Counted from the stretch's first letter, positions 50,502 through 62,500 are shown. The stretch: DNA of 64,000 nucleotides from Candidatus Omnitrophota bacterium (GCA_029261065.1 JAJDCB010000009.1:33625-97624); one strand, 5' to 3'. Translations and numbers: made by a program. Notes: generated by a model not told the origin, from the letters alone.

Positions 50502-52475
50502 CTAGTTAAAAAAAGGAATGGATTCTAAAATGTCATCGATAATGGCTTCTTCTGGCGAGACAGATTCTTGCTGCATGGGTTCATCCCCTACTACAGCCCC
50601 ACCTTCTGTCGTTACAGCACCAGACTCATCATCGCGATTATATGTTTTTTGCCTTTGCAATTCCGGATTTTGTTCCCGAATATCAAGGGCCTTAAAGATA
50701 ACATCTTTTAATTCTTGTTTAGCCCTATCAAAAATCATAGATTTGGCAACACCATCAATTTCTGGATAAACAATTAGTTTATCATAAGGACCATTGTATT
50801 GAGAAAATTGAATTTCAACTTGCGACTCATCATTTAAAAAGGAAGAAAACTCTGAAACGCCATTAACGATAGAGTTAGAAAGCTTCTCTTCTAAATAAAG
50901 AGTCGGTTTAAATTGAATATTCCCCTTATAATCTAGCTCCCCATCAGCTTTGAGAACAAACTCTTCTCCATCTATGTCTAAATTATAAGAAATTCTACTA
51001 TTTTTCGTTTGTAGCTTTGTATTAATTAAAGATATATTAGTATCCGGACTATTGAGTTTCTCTTTTAATGTGCTTGGTAAAGAACGATTTAGTTCCTCAA
51101 TGATGTCATATCCAGCTGCTTTTGCGATAATTGTTGGCGCTGATAACACTTTATCAAAAACCATTCTTAAGATATTAATATTGATCAATTTTGCATCCAC
51201 CACTTGCAGGCTTCCTGTTCCTACTAAAGATGATTTTAACATCTCTAACGTTTGCGCTTGCGTTTTAATTTCTAGATTCGAGCTTAAACTTCCCTCTAAA
51301 TTTAACGGCTCATCTAAGCCTTCTATTTCAATTAATTTCTCTTGCGAAAACAACTCTTGTAACAATAGATCCTCAGCATTAATATCTAATCGCAACTTCC
51401 TCTCTTTCATATAATCATCCACACGTCCCTTAATTTGAATCTTACCTTGAGCCAAATACATAAAAAACTCATTAATGATCACATCTTGTTCGCTGATTTC
51501 CAACTTGATATCAATATTTTCAATCGGATATTTTAAATCAGCAGACCTTATCTTCCCATTATTAAGCCCTCCATCAGCTGTTAGAACCAGCAAACCTTCC
51601 GGCCCTACAATTACCTGATGAATATCTAAACTAACAATTCCTTCAAGTTTATCCGTTAATCCCACTGGTCTTAAGTCAGGCACACTATTTAATAGACGAG
51701 ATAAAGAAAGATCTGATAAATTTGATTTTAACTTCACATCATCCACACGCAATTGACGATTTTTAGCATCGATCTGGGCTGTGCCATCAAAATCAATATT
51801 TGGTTTATCGCTAAACATCGACCATGCCATTTTAAAAGGAAACGGCTTATCTAAAGATAAATTTGAAATTTCAATTTGTAAATCAGCAATAGGAACATTA
51901 ACAGGAGGATCTTTTCGTTTATCTAGAAAGGTAACTAATCCATTTGAGATACGAATGGATTTAGCCATGATAGGTGGCATTTTAAAATTCTTTGACTTAT
52001 CTTTTTTTGATGAACCTGACGTTTCCTTCTCCTCACTTTCTGTAGAAGAAACAGAATCATTTACAGTTTTAGCAAAGGCTTCAAAATTTAATGTTCCGTC
52101 TTTATCAATAATAAGATGAATCTCTGGCGTATCAATCTCGATATGATTGATAACAATGGCTTGTGTGGTTATAAAGGCAAGAACATCCACATGTAGACGT
52201 AGGGAATCTGCTATCAGCATAGGAGATTGAGAAAATTGAGGATCATCGTTTAAACGAAGACTATCCACTCTAACAGACGCCCCCTTAAAAAAAGAAAAAT
52301 CAAGAGCTAAAGTATCAGCATACACCTCACGCTGAAGTTGTTTACTAACGGTCTTAATTATCTGAGGTTTGTAGTTATTAAGCTTAACCGTTTTTAAAGC
52401 AATAATCGTTGCACATACAACAATGAGCAGTAAGATAACAATCGTTTTTAGTAAAATTTTGATAAACTTTTTCAT
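50502..52475 (-). CDS. AsmA family protein
   Basis: N-terminal TM anchor, [29 protein letters not shown] and repeated beta-groove-like strands. Confidence 0.8.
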   Translation of the reverse strand: MKKFIKILLKTIVILLLIVVCATIIALKTVKLNNYKPQIIKTVSKQLQREVYADTLALDFSFFKGASVRVDSLRLNDDPQFSQSPMLIADSLRLHVDVLAFITTQAIVINHIEIDTPEIHLIIDKDGTLNFEAFAKTVNDSVSSTESEEKETSGSSKKDKSKNFKMPPIMAKSIRISNGLVTFLDKRKDPPVNVPIADLQIEISNLSLDKPFPFKMAWSMFSDKPNIDFDGTAQIDAKNRQLRVDDVKLKSNLSDLSLSRLLNSVPDLRPVGLTDKLEGIVSLDIHQVIVGPEGLLVLTADGGLNNGKIRSADLKYPIENIDIKLEISEQDVIINEFFMYLAQGKIQIKGRVDDYMKERKLRLDINAEDLLLQELFSQEKLIEIEGLDEPLNLEGSLSSNLEIKTQAQTLEMLKSSLVGTGSLQVVDAKLININILRMVFDKVLSAPTIIAKAAGYDIIEELNRSLPSTLKEKLNSPDTNISLINTKLQTKNSRISYNLDIDGEEFVLKADGELDYKGNIQFKPTLYLEEKLSNSIVNGVSEFSSFLNDESQVEIQFSQYNGPYDKLIVYPEIDGVAKSMIFDRAKQELKDVIFKALDIREQNPELQRQKTYNRDDESGAVTTEGGAVVGDEPMQQESVSPEEAIIDDILESIPFFN

Positions 52476-54739
52476 AATGAGAGCTTTAGATTGCTTAATA
52501 TATCTTTTAATGCGTTAACATCTGTCACAGGACGTTTGCAGACATGATTCTCACATACATAAACCGTCGTCTTATCATCCTTTGGTTTTTGATTTTCAAT
52601 AAAGGGCGCAATTTCAACGATCCCCTTTGAATCCTTTTTTGTTGAATTTAATACCACAACTTTATTGGGCAAAAACAAATTAAAAATTGGATTAACGAAA
52701 TTATGAATATCCTCATTTTTAGTAGATGCTATAACTATTTCTTGTGAAGGTCCTAATGAATAATCGAAAGCAATAAGCATTTGAGCATATGCGCTCGGCC
52801 TTTGCAAGAGTTCATCAGAAAATGCTTGAATGAGTTTATCTGTATAGCCTTCCCATTTTTTATCCAAAGTTATATGGGATAATCGCACCATAGTTAACGC
52901 GGCCATAGAATTGCCTGAGGGTATGGCTCCATCATGAATTTCTTTTTGCCGGAAAATAAGCTCTTTAGCATCAGAAGCCGTAAAATAAAAACCATGCCTT
53001 TCCTCATCCCAAAAATATTGAATCATCTGATCACTTAAAGAAATTGAGTGCTTTAAATATTTTAAATCAAATGTAGCTTCATACAAATCTATCAAAGCAT
53101 TTGTCAAAAAAGCATAGTCTTCAATAGTTGCTGCGATACCTGCATCACCATCACGGTAGCGATGAAGAAGCCGCCCCCTTTTATCAATCATTGTTGCTAA
53201 AAGAAAATCAGCACTTTGAATGGCAGCATCTTTATATTTTTCATCATCTAGTACGCGGGAGGCAAATGCTAAAGAAGAAATCAATAAGGCATTCCAATCT
53301 GTTAAAATCTTATCATCCAAGTGAGGAACTGGCCTTGTTTTTCTTTGAACAAACAACTTATCTTTAGATTCTTTTAAAATTTCATTTACTTCTTTTTCTG
53401 AAATTTTAAATTGATCTGCTGTTTGTTTCACTGTGCGTTCCACAAACACAATATTCTTCCCAATAAATTCCTGGTGGGGATCATTTTTAGCATTCCCAGA
53501 GTCACGTATACCAAAATAATATTTAAAAACTTGTGCGGCTCTCTTCTCTAATATAGAGTCTATTTCTTCAGAACGCCAAACGTAAAAAGCCCCTTCCTTT
53601 TTTTCATGAATTTGATTAGGATCTACAGAAACTTGTGAATATTCATCTGGATCAAGACTATCGGCATCCTCAGCAGAATAAAAACCACCTTGATCATCTT
53701 TCATATCGCGCAAACAATAATCTAAAACTTCACGCGCCACTTGAGCGAAAAAAGGTTCTTTTGTAATTTGATACGCTTCTAAATAGGTCCTTGCTAAAAT
53801 AGCTTGATCATAAAGCATTTTTTCAAAATGTGGCACCTGCCAATACTGATCCGTTGAATAACGATGAAAGCCTCCCCCTAAATGATCATACATTCCTCCA
53901 TTAGCCATTTGAACTAACGTTTGTTTAACCATATCCAAAACACGATTATCTTGCGTTCTTAACCAATATCTTAATAGATAAGATAGATTGTGGCTCGATG
54001 GAAATTTAGGGCTTGAACCAAAGCCGCCATATTGATCATCGTATATACGATCATATTGTTGAAAAGCACTTTTTAGTAACTCTTTTGTTAACACCTTTGT
54101 TCCTCCGCCCTGAGGAATATTCTCCTTAATCATCTCCGTTAATGTATTACTTGATGTTATCAGTTGTTCTCGATTAGTACTCCACGATCGATGAATCGAT
54201 TCCATCACCTCCGTCAATCCCGAAGAACCCCATTTTGCTTTAGGTGGAAAATAGGTGCCGCCAAAAAACGGTTTCTTATCAGGTGTTAAGATAACCGTAA
54301 GCGGCCATCCCCCCCGTCCTGTCATGGCCGTTACAGCACTCATATAAATATTATCAATGTCCGGACGTTCTTCACGATCCACTTTTATAGGAACAAAGTA
54401 TTCATTAATTTTTTGGGCAATCGCTTCATCCTCAAAAGATTCATGCGCCATGACGTGACACCAATGACAGGTGGAATAACCAATGGATAAAAATATAGGT
54501 TTGTCTTCCTTTTTTGCTTTCTCAAACGCCTCCTCCCCCCAGGGATACCAATCAACGGGGTTAGATGCATGTTGCAAGAGATACGGACTTTTTTCGTGGA
54601 TCAAACGGTTTTGATGTTGTTTTGTTTTATTCATAGCAAGGCCTCTCGTTCTTGCAGATGCAAGATTCATAAATACAAATATCGGCAATACAACTAAAGA
54701 GAAAATTACGAAAATTTTAAAGTTCTTTTTCGAAATCAT
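52472..54739 (-). CDS. Thioredoxin domain + six-hairpin glycosidase-like protein (YyaL/SSP411 family), with possible signal peptide
   Basis: [63 protein letters not shown] and DDKILTDWN. Confidence 0.92.
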   Translation of the reverse strand: MISKKNFKIFVIFSLVVLPIFVFMNLASARTRGLAMNKTKQHQNRLIHEKSPYLLQHASNPVDWYPWGEEAFEKAKKEDKPIFLSIGYSTCHWCHVMAHESFEDEAIAQKINEYFVPIKVDREERPDIDNIYMSAVTAMTGRGGWPLTVILTPDKKPFFGGTYFPPKAKWGSSGLTEVMESIHRSWSTNREQLITSSNTLTEMIKENIPQGGGTKVLTKELLKSAFQQYDRIYDDQYGGFGSSPKFPSSHNLSYLLRYWLRTQDNRVLDMVKQTLVQMANGGMYDHLGGGFHRYSTDQYWQVPHFEKMLYDQAILARTYLEAYQITKEPFFAQVAREVLDYCLRDMKDDQGGFYSAEDADSLDPDEYSQVSVDPNQIHEKKEGAFYVWRSEEIDSILEKRAAQVFKYYFGIRDSGNAKNDPHQEFIGKNIVFVERTVKQTADQFKISEKEVNEILKESKDKLFVQRKTRPVPHLDDKILTDWNALLISSLAFASRVLDDEKYKDAAIQSADFLLATMIDKRGRLLHRYRDGDAGIAATIEDYAFLTNALIDLYEATFDLKYLKHSISLSDQMIQYFWDEERHGFYFTASDAKELIFRQKEIHDGAIPSGNSMAALTMVRLSHITLDKKWEGYTDKLIQAFSDELLQRPSAYAQMLIAFDYSLGPSQEIVIASTKNEDIHNFVNPIFNLFLPNKVVVLNSTKKDSKGIVEIAPFIENQKPKDDKTTVYVCENHVCKRPVTDVNALKDILSNLKLSL

Positions 54740-54820
54740 GATTTACAGTTTAACAATTTATTATAGATAACTCAACAAAAGTTATATCATGAAAAAAAGA
54801 AGGCGGGGATAAAGAGAAAA

Positions 54821-57800
54821 TTAATAATGTTGTTCAACACCATTTAATGCATCAGCAATCATATCGGCACGGGATTTATTATCAGGCAACGATAGTTCTT
54901 GCCGTTGAGGTATTGATTTAAAACTTGAAGGTTGTTTATATGTCCTTTTAGGGGCAACACGACCTTTCTTCTTACGAAATTTAGATTCTCTGATAAGTGC
55001 TTTTTCACATTTACTAATAAATTTATCTATCTTTTTATAATTTGGTTTAATATCACCTACCTCAAGAAAAACATTTTTAGCCTGATAAAACTCCTTATGC
55101 TCATACAGACTGATGCCCTTGGCATATAATATTTCTAAATTTACTTCCAACTCCTTGCGTATCTTTTCACGTTCTTGACGAAGTCTTTCTTGTCGTTCAC
55201 GTACCAAACGATCTAACTCCATTTGTTTTTCTTTCTCCAAAACAGAACGTCTCTTTTTCTCTAATTTAAGCTGTTCTGCCCGAGAAATTCGCAATCGTTC
55301 TTCTTTACGTTTCTCAAATTTTTCTGATACAGGAGCATCCAACTTCTCTTTAAACTTCTCAACCCTTTTAAGGTTAATCTTTTCTCTTTTATCACCATTT
55401 AATTTAGCAATACTTTTAATTGTCTTTACTTTTTCTTTAGCCAATTGCGCCTCCTCTCTTCTAATCTGAGCTTCCAAGTCTTCTGTATCAGCAGCCTTAA
55501 ATAAATCAATAGGCGAGGTGCCACTTTGGTTCATTTTTGATTCTCGTATCAGCATTATTTTCTTTCGTTTCGCCTCATCCTTAGCAATTTCTTTTTGAAA
55601 TTTTCTACGATCCTTACTCATTCGTTTACGCATACGTTCTAAATACTTTTCAGAGAAATCGCCTTTGGCCAACAACGACTCATACTTATTAAACTTGGCT
55701 TGAGCCAACTCTTTATTATCAGAACGATATAATACCATCCCTTCTTTATAGACTTGAGAAATTTCCCTTTTTAATCGATTACGAATTTCTTTTTCCTTAA
55801 TCTTAGCTATTCGTTTGGCTTCCTTTTCCTTAGACAATCTTTTCTTTTCTGCCTCTTTGTTCTTTAATTCTTCCTCATGCTTCTTCGCCTCTAATTCCAA
55901 CTCCTGCTTTTTCTTCTCAAATTCCAATTTTCTTAACTGTTCAACTCGGGCCAATTCTTCTTCCTTTTCTTTTAATTCCATCTCTTTCTTTAACAAACGT
56001 CGATTAGTCTCTTCTTCCTTTTTCTTAAGCTTTGCTTCACGTTTATCATAAGGATATTTTAATTTTGATTCATTATCCTCTTTTGCACGCCATTGATCAT
56101 TTTCTTTTTTAGCTTTTTCTTCCAATTCTTGGTCATTTTTAACCATTTGTTCTTGCACATCATCCTTTTTTGATTCTTTTTTTAGAGCTTCTCTCTTTAA
56201 CTCTTTTACATTTTCAATGCGTTGCGCCTCAAACGCCTCATCTGCCTTAGCCAACATTCGTTCACTACGAAGAACGTAAGCTTTAGCTGACTTGAATCCT
56301 GGGTGGAGGGCATCTATGGTAGAAAATTTAACCTTCGCCTCTTGATAAAATCCATCTTCAAACAAAGACAAACCTTCTTCATAAAGTTTCTCAACCTCAT
56401 CCTGCCATAATTTTTTGTGTTCATTATCTTTTGAGCGCAGATGTTTATTTATTACCTTCTGATTTTTCTTGTATTCTTTTTGACGTTGCCTTTCTAATCG
56501 GTTAACTTTATTGGACGTTGCCCTACGTTTGACTTCTGCCTTTTCACCATCTATATCTTGTTTAATGCGTTTTTCATCGTATTTCGAAAGCACTTTATCT
56601 TCATCTGAAACTTTTTCCTTTTCCTGAGCATGTTTATCTTCCTGATTAGCTTTAACTGCTAAAACACCGCCTGCTTTGACCGCTTCACTCTTCATACGGG
56701 CAGCCTCTTTTTCTAATCTTAAAGCTTCCTTTTCTAAATTTTTAACTCTTTCCTCTTCCTTTTTACGTGCATTTTGTTCAGCTAATTGAAACTCACGCTT
56801 TTTCTTAAGATCTTCCATCTTCATACGGGCAGCCTCTTCTTCTAATCTCAAAGCTTCCTTTTCTAAATTTTCAACTCTTTCTTCTTCCTTTTTACGCGCA
56901 TTTAATTCAGCTAATTGAAACTCACGCTTTTTCTTAAGATCTTCCTTTTTTCGCATTTTTTCTTCTTCTACGTTTTCTTTTTCTTCTATTTTAATTTCTT
57001 TTCTTAAATCTTTCTTTTGTTGGGCCTTTCTCCATTTTGCACGCCGTTTTCTTTCACGCTTAACTTTGGCAATCGTCTCACGTTCTCGACGAAGCTCATC
57101 TTTAAATTCTTGATTACGTTTTCCACTTAATTCACCTAAATGTTCCTCTTTCGCTTTTAATTCGGCCACCCTCTTATCTTGTTTTTTATGCCACTCATCC
57201 TCATCAAACTTTTCATCACCTTGTTCTTCTGTTTTATGAAGCAATGAAGCATCAACATCTTTTAACTCCAAAGGCTCCTTTGCTTTGGCAGCCGAATTTA
57301 CAATTTTTCTTTCTTTCGTTTCAAGTTGTTTCGTGATGCGACCTAAGTACTTTTCTGTAGAACGATAATCTTCCTTCATAGCATTAATTTCCGTAAACTT
57401 ATCACGAGCCAAACCATATTCACCTTGACGATAAAATTCTTGAGCTTGCTTATAAAGCATTTTTAACTCATCTTTTTTAGAGACAATTTTTTCATCATTT
57501 TTCTTCGCAGAAGATCTCTTAACCTTAACGGCCTTTCTTTTCTTTTTCTTAACAATCTTTGCCTTGACCTTAGGTGAAGAAGAAACAGGCGTAATACGCT
57601 GAGATCCGTTAATAGCGCTATCCTCCAAACGTGACAAATAACTTAAGGCATCCTTGTATCCAGGATAAAGAGCCTCAAGTTGAATAAATTTTATTTTAGC
57701 CTGAGAATATTGTTTTTGTTTATAAAGATTTACGGCCTCTTTATAGCGCGTGTCTGCATCTTTTGTTAATTGCTCCTTACGATTTTTAACGGCACGATCA

Positions 57801-59428
57801 ATCGCGTTATCTTGATAATCGCTCTTTACGACCCTTATAGCTGGCTTATCTTTTGCTAAATATTTTTCAATTTTACTTAAAAAACTATCTGTCTTCTTAT
57901 AGTCTGGAAATATACGTTTAAGCTCCTGAAATTTTACTTTTGCCTGCTTGTATTCTTTCTTCTTATATTTACTCACTGCAGCTTTATAGACAACACCCGC
58001 TTGCTTTTCTTTATGCGCTTTAAGTTTATCGGCCACATCTTTGGCCTGATCACTATCAGTAGCATCTTGATCGACATCTTGAGCTACCTCTTTTTTTAAA
58101 CGCTTAATTTCGCTTTTTTTACTTTTTTTACTTTTTTTGCTTTTTTTGCTTTTTTTGCTTTTTTTGATTTTAGCTTGCTTCAACTGCCTTTCTTTTTTCA
58201 ACTCTTGAGCAAAACTTTTCAAATCATCGCTTTCTCTTACCCCCAAAATCTTATTTAATTTTGCAAAATATTTTGCTGTATTTTTATAATCCGGATAAAA
58301 GTCTTCCAATTCATCAAACCGCTTCTTAGCCTTTTCGTAATCTTTACGCTTAAATAATTTTATCGCAGCTTTATAAAGAAATTCAGCCTCATCTTCTGCC
58401 CGCATTTTTTCCCGCATAGCTTTCTGCTCTTTATATTTTTTATTTAATGCCTTTTTTTCTTTACTAGATAACTTAACGATTTCATTGCCATCTTCATCAA
58501 AACGATCTGCGTGTTTTTCTCGATATTTTCTAAAATTCTCAATATCTCGATCAACACGTGATAAATATCTAATAGTCGACTTATAATTTGGTAATATCCA
58601 CTCAACTTCCTGAAACTTTTCTTTGGCCAATTCATATTGGCGTGTCTTATGTAGAGAGACGGCTTGACGATAGGTTTCCTCTGCTTGATCTTCTAGCTTT
58701 TGTTCTCTATCCTTTTCTCGCTTTAATATTTCAGCTTTCCACTTTTGTTTATCACTACGCCGCTCCACAGCTTCTTGCTGTAATTTTTTCTCAATCAAGA
58801 CTTCTTGTTCTTTATCAATTTCACGCCCAATTAACATCATATAACTACGCGTTGCTTTATGATCAGGAAACATGTCTTCTACATTTTCAAACTCTTTTTT
58901 GGCTGCCATCCATTTTTTCTGTTTATATAGTGACACTGCCGACTGATAAACCTCTTCAACCTCTTTTGAGCTATAACCTCGCTCAACTTCTAAACGTTTA
59001 ATTTTTCGTTTTTCTTCTTTATTAAAAGCAATTTCTAGTTTTTTCGCTTTACGCGCGCTTTCATTTAAATAAGCCTTCATCTCAGGGTGCTCTGTAATTT
59101 TAATCGCATCTTCCCATAATTTTTGGGCCTCTTCAAACTTACCTTCTTCGTATAAACGCATTGCTTTTTCGTAATACTCCCGTGCCTTTTCTTCACGCTG
59201 TTGATTACGTCTTAAACGTGCTTGATTCTTCAACTTATCATTTACAGACTCAATTTTCTTCTTAGATTTTTTAATAAGGGCTTTAAGATTAAGAACATAA
59301 CCCTCGCTTTCTTTTTGTTCTTTAAAGGGGATGTCCTCCTCGGCGGAAGATAGAGTTGGTGGTGCGCTTAAAAAAAGGCTGGCGCTTAGAAGGCTAATAG
59401 TGAGGTGCTGTTTAAATAGCTTTTGCAT
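54821..59428 (-). CDS. Large exported Lys/Glu-rich protein with about 10 isolated TPR-like modules joined by coiled coils
   Basis: Signal peptide; repeated module Y..A..LY....Y..AK..F......P.YK....YL; highly charged helical linkers. Confidence 0.8.
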   Translation of the reverse strand: MQKLFKQHLTISLLSASLFLSAPPTLSSAEEDIPFKEQKESEGYVLNLKALIKKSKKKIESVNDKLKNQARLRRNQQREEKAREYYEKAMRLYEEGKFEEAQKLWEDAIKITEHPEMKAYLNESARKAKKLEIAFNKEEKRKIKRLEVERGYSSKEVEEVYQSAVSLYKQKKWMAAKKEFENVEDMFPDHKATRSYMMLIGREIDKEQEVLIEKKLQQEAVERRSDKQKWKAEILKREKDREQKLEDQAEETYRQAVSLHKTRQYELAKEKFQEVEWILPNYKSTIRYLSRVDRDIENFRKYREKHADRFDEDGNEIVKLSSKEKKALNKKYKEQKAMREKMRAEDEAEFLYKAAIKLFKRKDYEKAKKRFDELEDFYPDYKNTAKYFAKLNKILGVRESDDLKSFAQELKKERQLKQAKIKKSKKSKKSKKSKKSKKSEIKRLKKEVAQDVDQDATDSDQAKDVADKLKAHKEKQAGVVYKAAVSKYKKKEYKQAKVKFQELKRIFPDYKKTDSFLSKIEKYLAKDKPAIRVVKSDYQDNAIDRAVKNRKEQLTKDADTRYKEAVNLYKQKQYSQAKIKFIQLEALYPGYKDALSYLSRLEDSAINGSQRITPVSSSPKVKAKIVKKKKRKAVKVKRSSAKKNDEKIVSKKDELKMLYKQAQEFYRQGEYGLARDKFTEINAMKEDYRSTEKYLGRITKQLETKERKIVNSAAKAKEPLELKDVDASLLHKTEEQGDEKFDEDEWHKKQDKRVAELKAKEEHLGELSGKRNQEFKDELRRERETIAKVKRERKRRAKWRKAQQKKDLRKEIKIEEKENVEEEKMRKKEDLKKKREFQLAELNARKKEEERVENLEKEALRLEEEAARMKMEDLKKKREFQLAEQNARKKEEERVKNLEKEALRLEKEAARMKSEAVKAGGVLAVKANQEDKHAQEKEKVSDEDKVLSKYDEKRIKQDIDGEKAEVKRRATSNKVNRLERQRQKEYKKNQKVINKHLRSKDNEHKKLWQDEVEKLYEEGLSLFEDGFYQEAKVKFSTIDALHPGFKSAKAYVLRSERMLAKADEAFEAQRIENVKELKREALKKESKKDDVQEQMVKNDQELEEKAKKENDQWRAKEDNESKLKYPYDKREAKLKKKEEETNRRLLKKEMELKEKEEELARVEQLRKLEFEKKKQELELEAKKHEEELKNKEAEKKRLSKEKEAKRIAKIKEKEIRNRLKREISQVYKEGMVLYRSDNKELAQAKFNKYESLLAKGDFSEKYLERMRKRMSKDRRKFQKEIAKDEAKRKKIMLIRESKMNQSGTSPIDLFKAADTEDLEAQIRREEAQLAKEKVKTIKSIAKLNGDKREKINLKRVEKFKEKLDAPVSEKFEKRKEERLRISRAEQLKLEKKRRSVLEKEKQMELDRLVRERQERLRQEREKIRKELEVNLEILYAKGISLYEHKEFYQAKNVFLEVGDIKPNYKKIDKFISKCEKALIRESKFRKKKGRVAPKRTYKQPSSFKSIPQRQELSLPDNKSRADMIADALNGVEQHY
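56690..56945. repeat. Near-identical 129-bp tandem duplication (43 aa) inside the 1535-aa gene
   Basis: CTTCATACGGGCAGCCTC starts at 56690 and again at 56819. Confidence 0.9.
58112..58165. repeat. 9-bp tandem repeat x6 encoding (KKS)6
   Basis: (G/A)CTTTTTTT six times in tandem. Confidence 0.92.
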
Positions 59429-59451
59429 AAATTAATAATTCGTAGTAAACA

Positions 59452-59537
59452 TGTCGTCCCCGCGAAAGCGGGGATCCATTTATAATAATATATATAGATA
59501 TAGTTATTATGAGGTTTCCGCTTCCGCGGGAATAACA
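59452..59537. repeat. REP-like inverted palindromic doublet
   Basis: TGTCGTCCCCGCGAAAGCGGGGATCC, an AT-rich spacer, then GGTTTCCGCTTCCGCGGGAATAACA, a degenerate inverted copy. Confidence 0.65.
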
Positions 59538-59579
59538 CTTTTCTATTAGTACACTTTTAATATATCTATATTAGTGACC

Positions 59580-62500
59580 TCATTCTACCATAGGCCCTTG
59601 AACCTCTTCCAGAATTTTCTCCAGTATTTTCTTTGCTTTATCATACTGTCCATTCTTATAATATTGGTCAGCTAGAGTGCTCATTTCTTTAAGTTTTTCT
59701 TCCTTATCAATTTGACCCTGAATATATTGGGCGGCCTCAGCAAACATCATTTGACCTGCCATAATAATATCGCGATAGATCTGTTGAGATTCTTCTAAAC
59801 GGCCGTCCTTGTGGGCTTTTTGAGCTAAGACAAAATAACTATTTAATTCATAGAGGATCGGACTATCATCTCGTGATAACTCATCATCAACCATAATCCA
59901 AGCCCAATAGGCGATTTTTTCTTGTAACCAGCGCTGTTTATTGCGATCTTTTTCTTCCTGCGTTTGATCATAAAGACTTCCGGTAATGCGCATAAACGGC
60001 CCTTCAGAGGCATAATCTAGATGAGTGAGATCATCATCAAATTCTGTAAAATTGTAACCAATTCCAATTTGAGCAAACTCACCTACACGTCTGGCTCCCT
60101 CAATGAGGAATCCACGTTTTTGGTCTCGGGCTTCTTCAACATCCAAAATACGGAATTCACTTCCTATCGTCCAATCGCTATCAATTTTATAATTCAATCG
60201 ATGAATCATTAACCATGTATGTGTTTTTGTAAAATCAAAGCCTGTGACTTTTTCTTCCCCAATACGATACGCAAACTTTTCTGTAACTTGCCATTTATCT
60301 GTTAAATCATAAATCACATCAACAGCCATAACATGCGCGCTTTCTTCTTCAATATCAGATTTATCCTCCTGACCTTCTGGAGAGCGTTCTTCAAGATAAG
60401 TGTAACGACTTAAGATATTTAAGCGATCATGATAAATAGGACGATAGGCAGCACCAATAATTAACTCTTTATGTTTCGCCTCATAACGGCCTGCTGTTTC
60501 ATTTCGTGTCTTAGAAATTTCTATTTTACTAAAGACGGTAAGTTCAGAAGAAAGCTTGCCTTCGACAGAGCTAAAAACGAGATACTGTCTTTTATTTTCT
60601 TCACCATCATCAAAACGCGCTTCTAATTTTGTTGAACTGCTAAGCGCTTTTCCTGTTTCTTCATCTGTATGAGAATAACCCATTCCTAAACTCACCACAT
60701 CACGATCAGATTCAGAACCATCATGACTTTGAACTTCTCCTCGCTCATAAGAACCTGAAAAAGCCCAACGATCATCAATGTCCCCTGATAACCCATAGAT
60801 GTTTGAACTCGTAATATCTTTATCACCTTCTGAATACGCGCGTGTTAGAGACCCTTCTAACTTCTTACCGTTCTTCTCACGAATAAGACTGTATGTCGAA
60901 TCGGTTGTATTGGCCTCAGGTGTTTGTCCAAAGGCACGATTGGTGGCCACACGTAAGTCTTGTGTTAATCTTGAACTTGAACCAAAACTCATAGCACTTG
61001 ATCGACCCTCCGTTTTTGAATCGGTTAGATCAAACTGGCTGGTTGTTGTAGTTTTGTCATTAATTTGAGAGTCGCCACCAAAACTTAACGTTGTTGAACT
61101 ATCATCAACAGACTTAGCCATCTCAATATTGGTATTAACAGAGGTCTTCTCATCAACTTGTTTGGATGCTCCTACTCCAAGAGTTGTGGTCCTTTGACCT
61201 GCTTTATCTGTAGTAACTGAAGTTCGCACCTCAACCTCATCACTAATTTTAGCTTCAGCTCCCATGGTAGATGTTTTCTCTACATTGCCAGCTTTATCCG
61301 TAGTAATGGCATAACCACCCGTTAAGCTTAACCGTTCTGAGACATCAGCTGTTACATCTAGCTCTGTTGCTGTTCCTGATGTTGCGATAACCTCTTTGGC
61401 TTCGATGGTTATACTTTCTGTTGGTTTTACTATGGCACCAAGTGTTGTTTGGTTATTCTTCGCACCATGAATAGTCATTTGCTGCTCTATGGAAAGTTCT
61501 AACTTATCGCTTACGGTATAATCTCCACGGATAGCCAAAGAATCTTCAATTTCTTCAGACTGACTGTCAAACTTATCAATACGCGATTTTGTCACTTGAC
61601 GTTGGTATTCCCCTGTTAATTTTAAGTCGCGAATCTCATGGACAACCTGAACGATTGAAGTCGATGTCTTAAACGCTCCTAATTGAAGTTGTGTTTGCGC
61701 ATTGCCATCGTGAATCAGGCTTTGAATATCATGACGGGCACTTAACCGTGTCTTTTCAGCTAAATCATAAACGACCTCAAATCCTGAAAGCTCTTTGCCT
61801 TGCTGAGATGTCGTAGCTGCTGATGAGAAGTCATTTCCTATCCATTTATAATAGCTGCTCACACCAAGTCTGTTAAATAATCTAGCATCCCCCTTAATAC
61901 CATAGGCCGATCCAGATGAAATTTCGCTGGTTTTTAGTTCTGCAAAGGATAAACCACCATCCGTTGATATAAACGTGCCTTGCGATTCTGAAACCGTTTC
62001 GGCGTATTCAGCCGTAACAGAGGCATCTTCACTTAGTCGTACAGTCACATCCGTACCCCGCAATTCGTAATCTGTTTGATCTTGGGTTTCACTCACATAA
62101 GTGACTCCAGCAATCACGTTATCTGAAAGTGCCTGTCGGACACGTGTACCGGCGGTGGATTCATCAAGTTTTTCATTCACTTCATACTGGTAATCTGTAA
62201 TCACATAAACAAGATTTCCGTCTAATAAGTCATTAGAGATGATGGAATAAGTATCCACAAGGATTGGTACAGGTCTCCAGAACAAGATACGACCACTGTT
62301 ATAATCCATTTCATAGTCAGCCCCTTCTTTCATTTCTCGAGAAGAAACAACTAAACCTGTAATCTTATCTCTTACTTCAATCAAAACTTTATCAGAACCT
62401 TCAATGACATCCTTATGTTTTAAGAAGTAGAGCGAACCACCCGTTGCTAAAAACTCATTATGCGCACTCTTTTGTTGTGTGCGGGCATGGAAGGCAACAA

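Noticed and set aside
59453-59477. Similarity to a type I-E CRISPR repeat
   Set aside because: One copy plus an inverted degenerate copy, no spacer array and no cas genes; better explained as a REP-like element.
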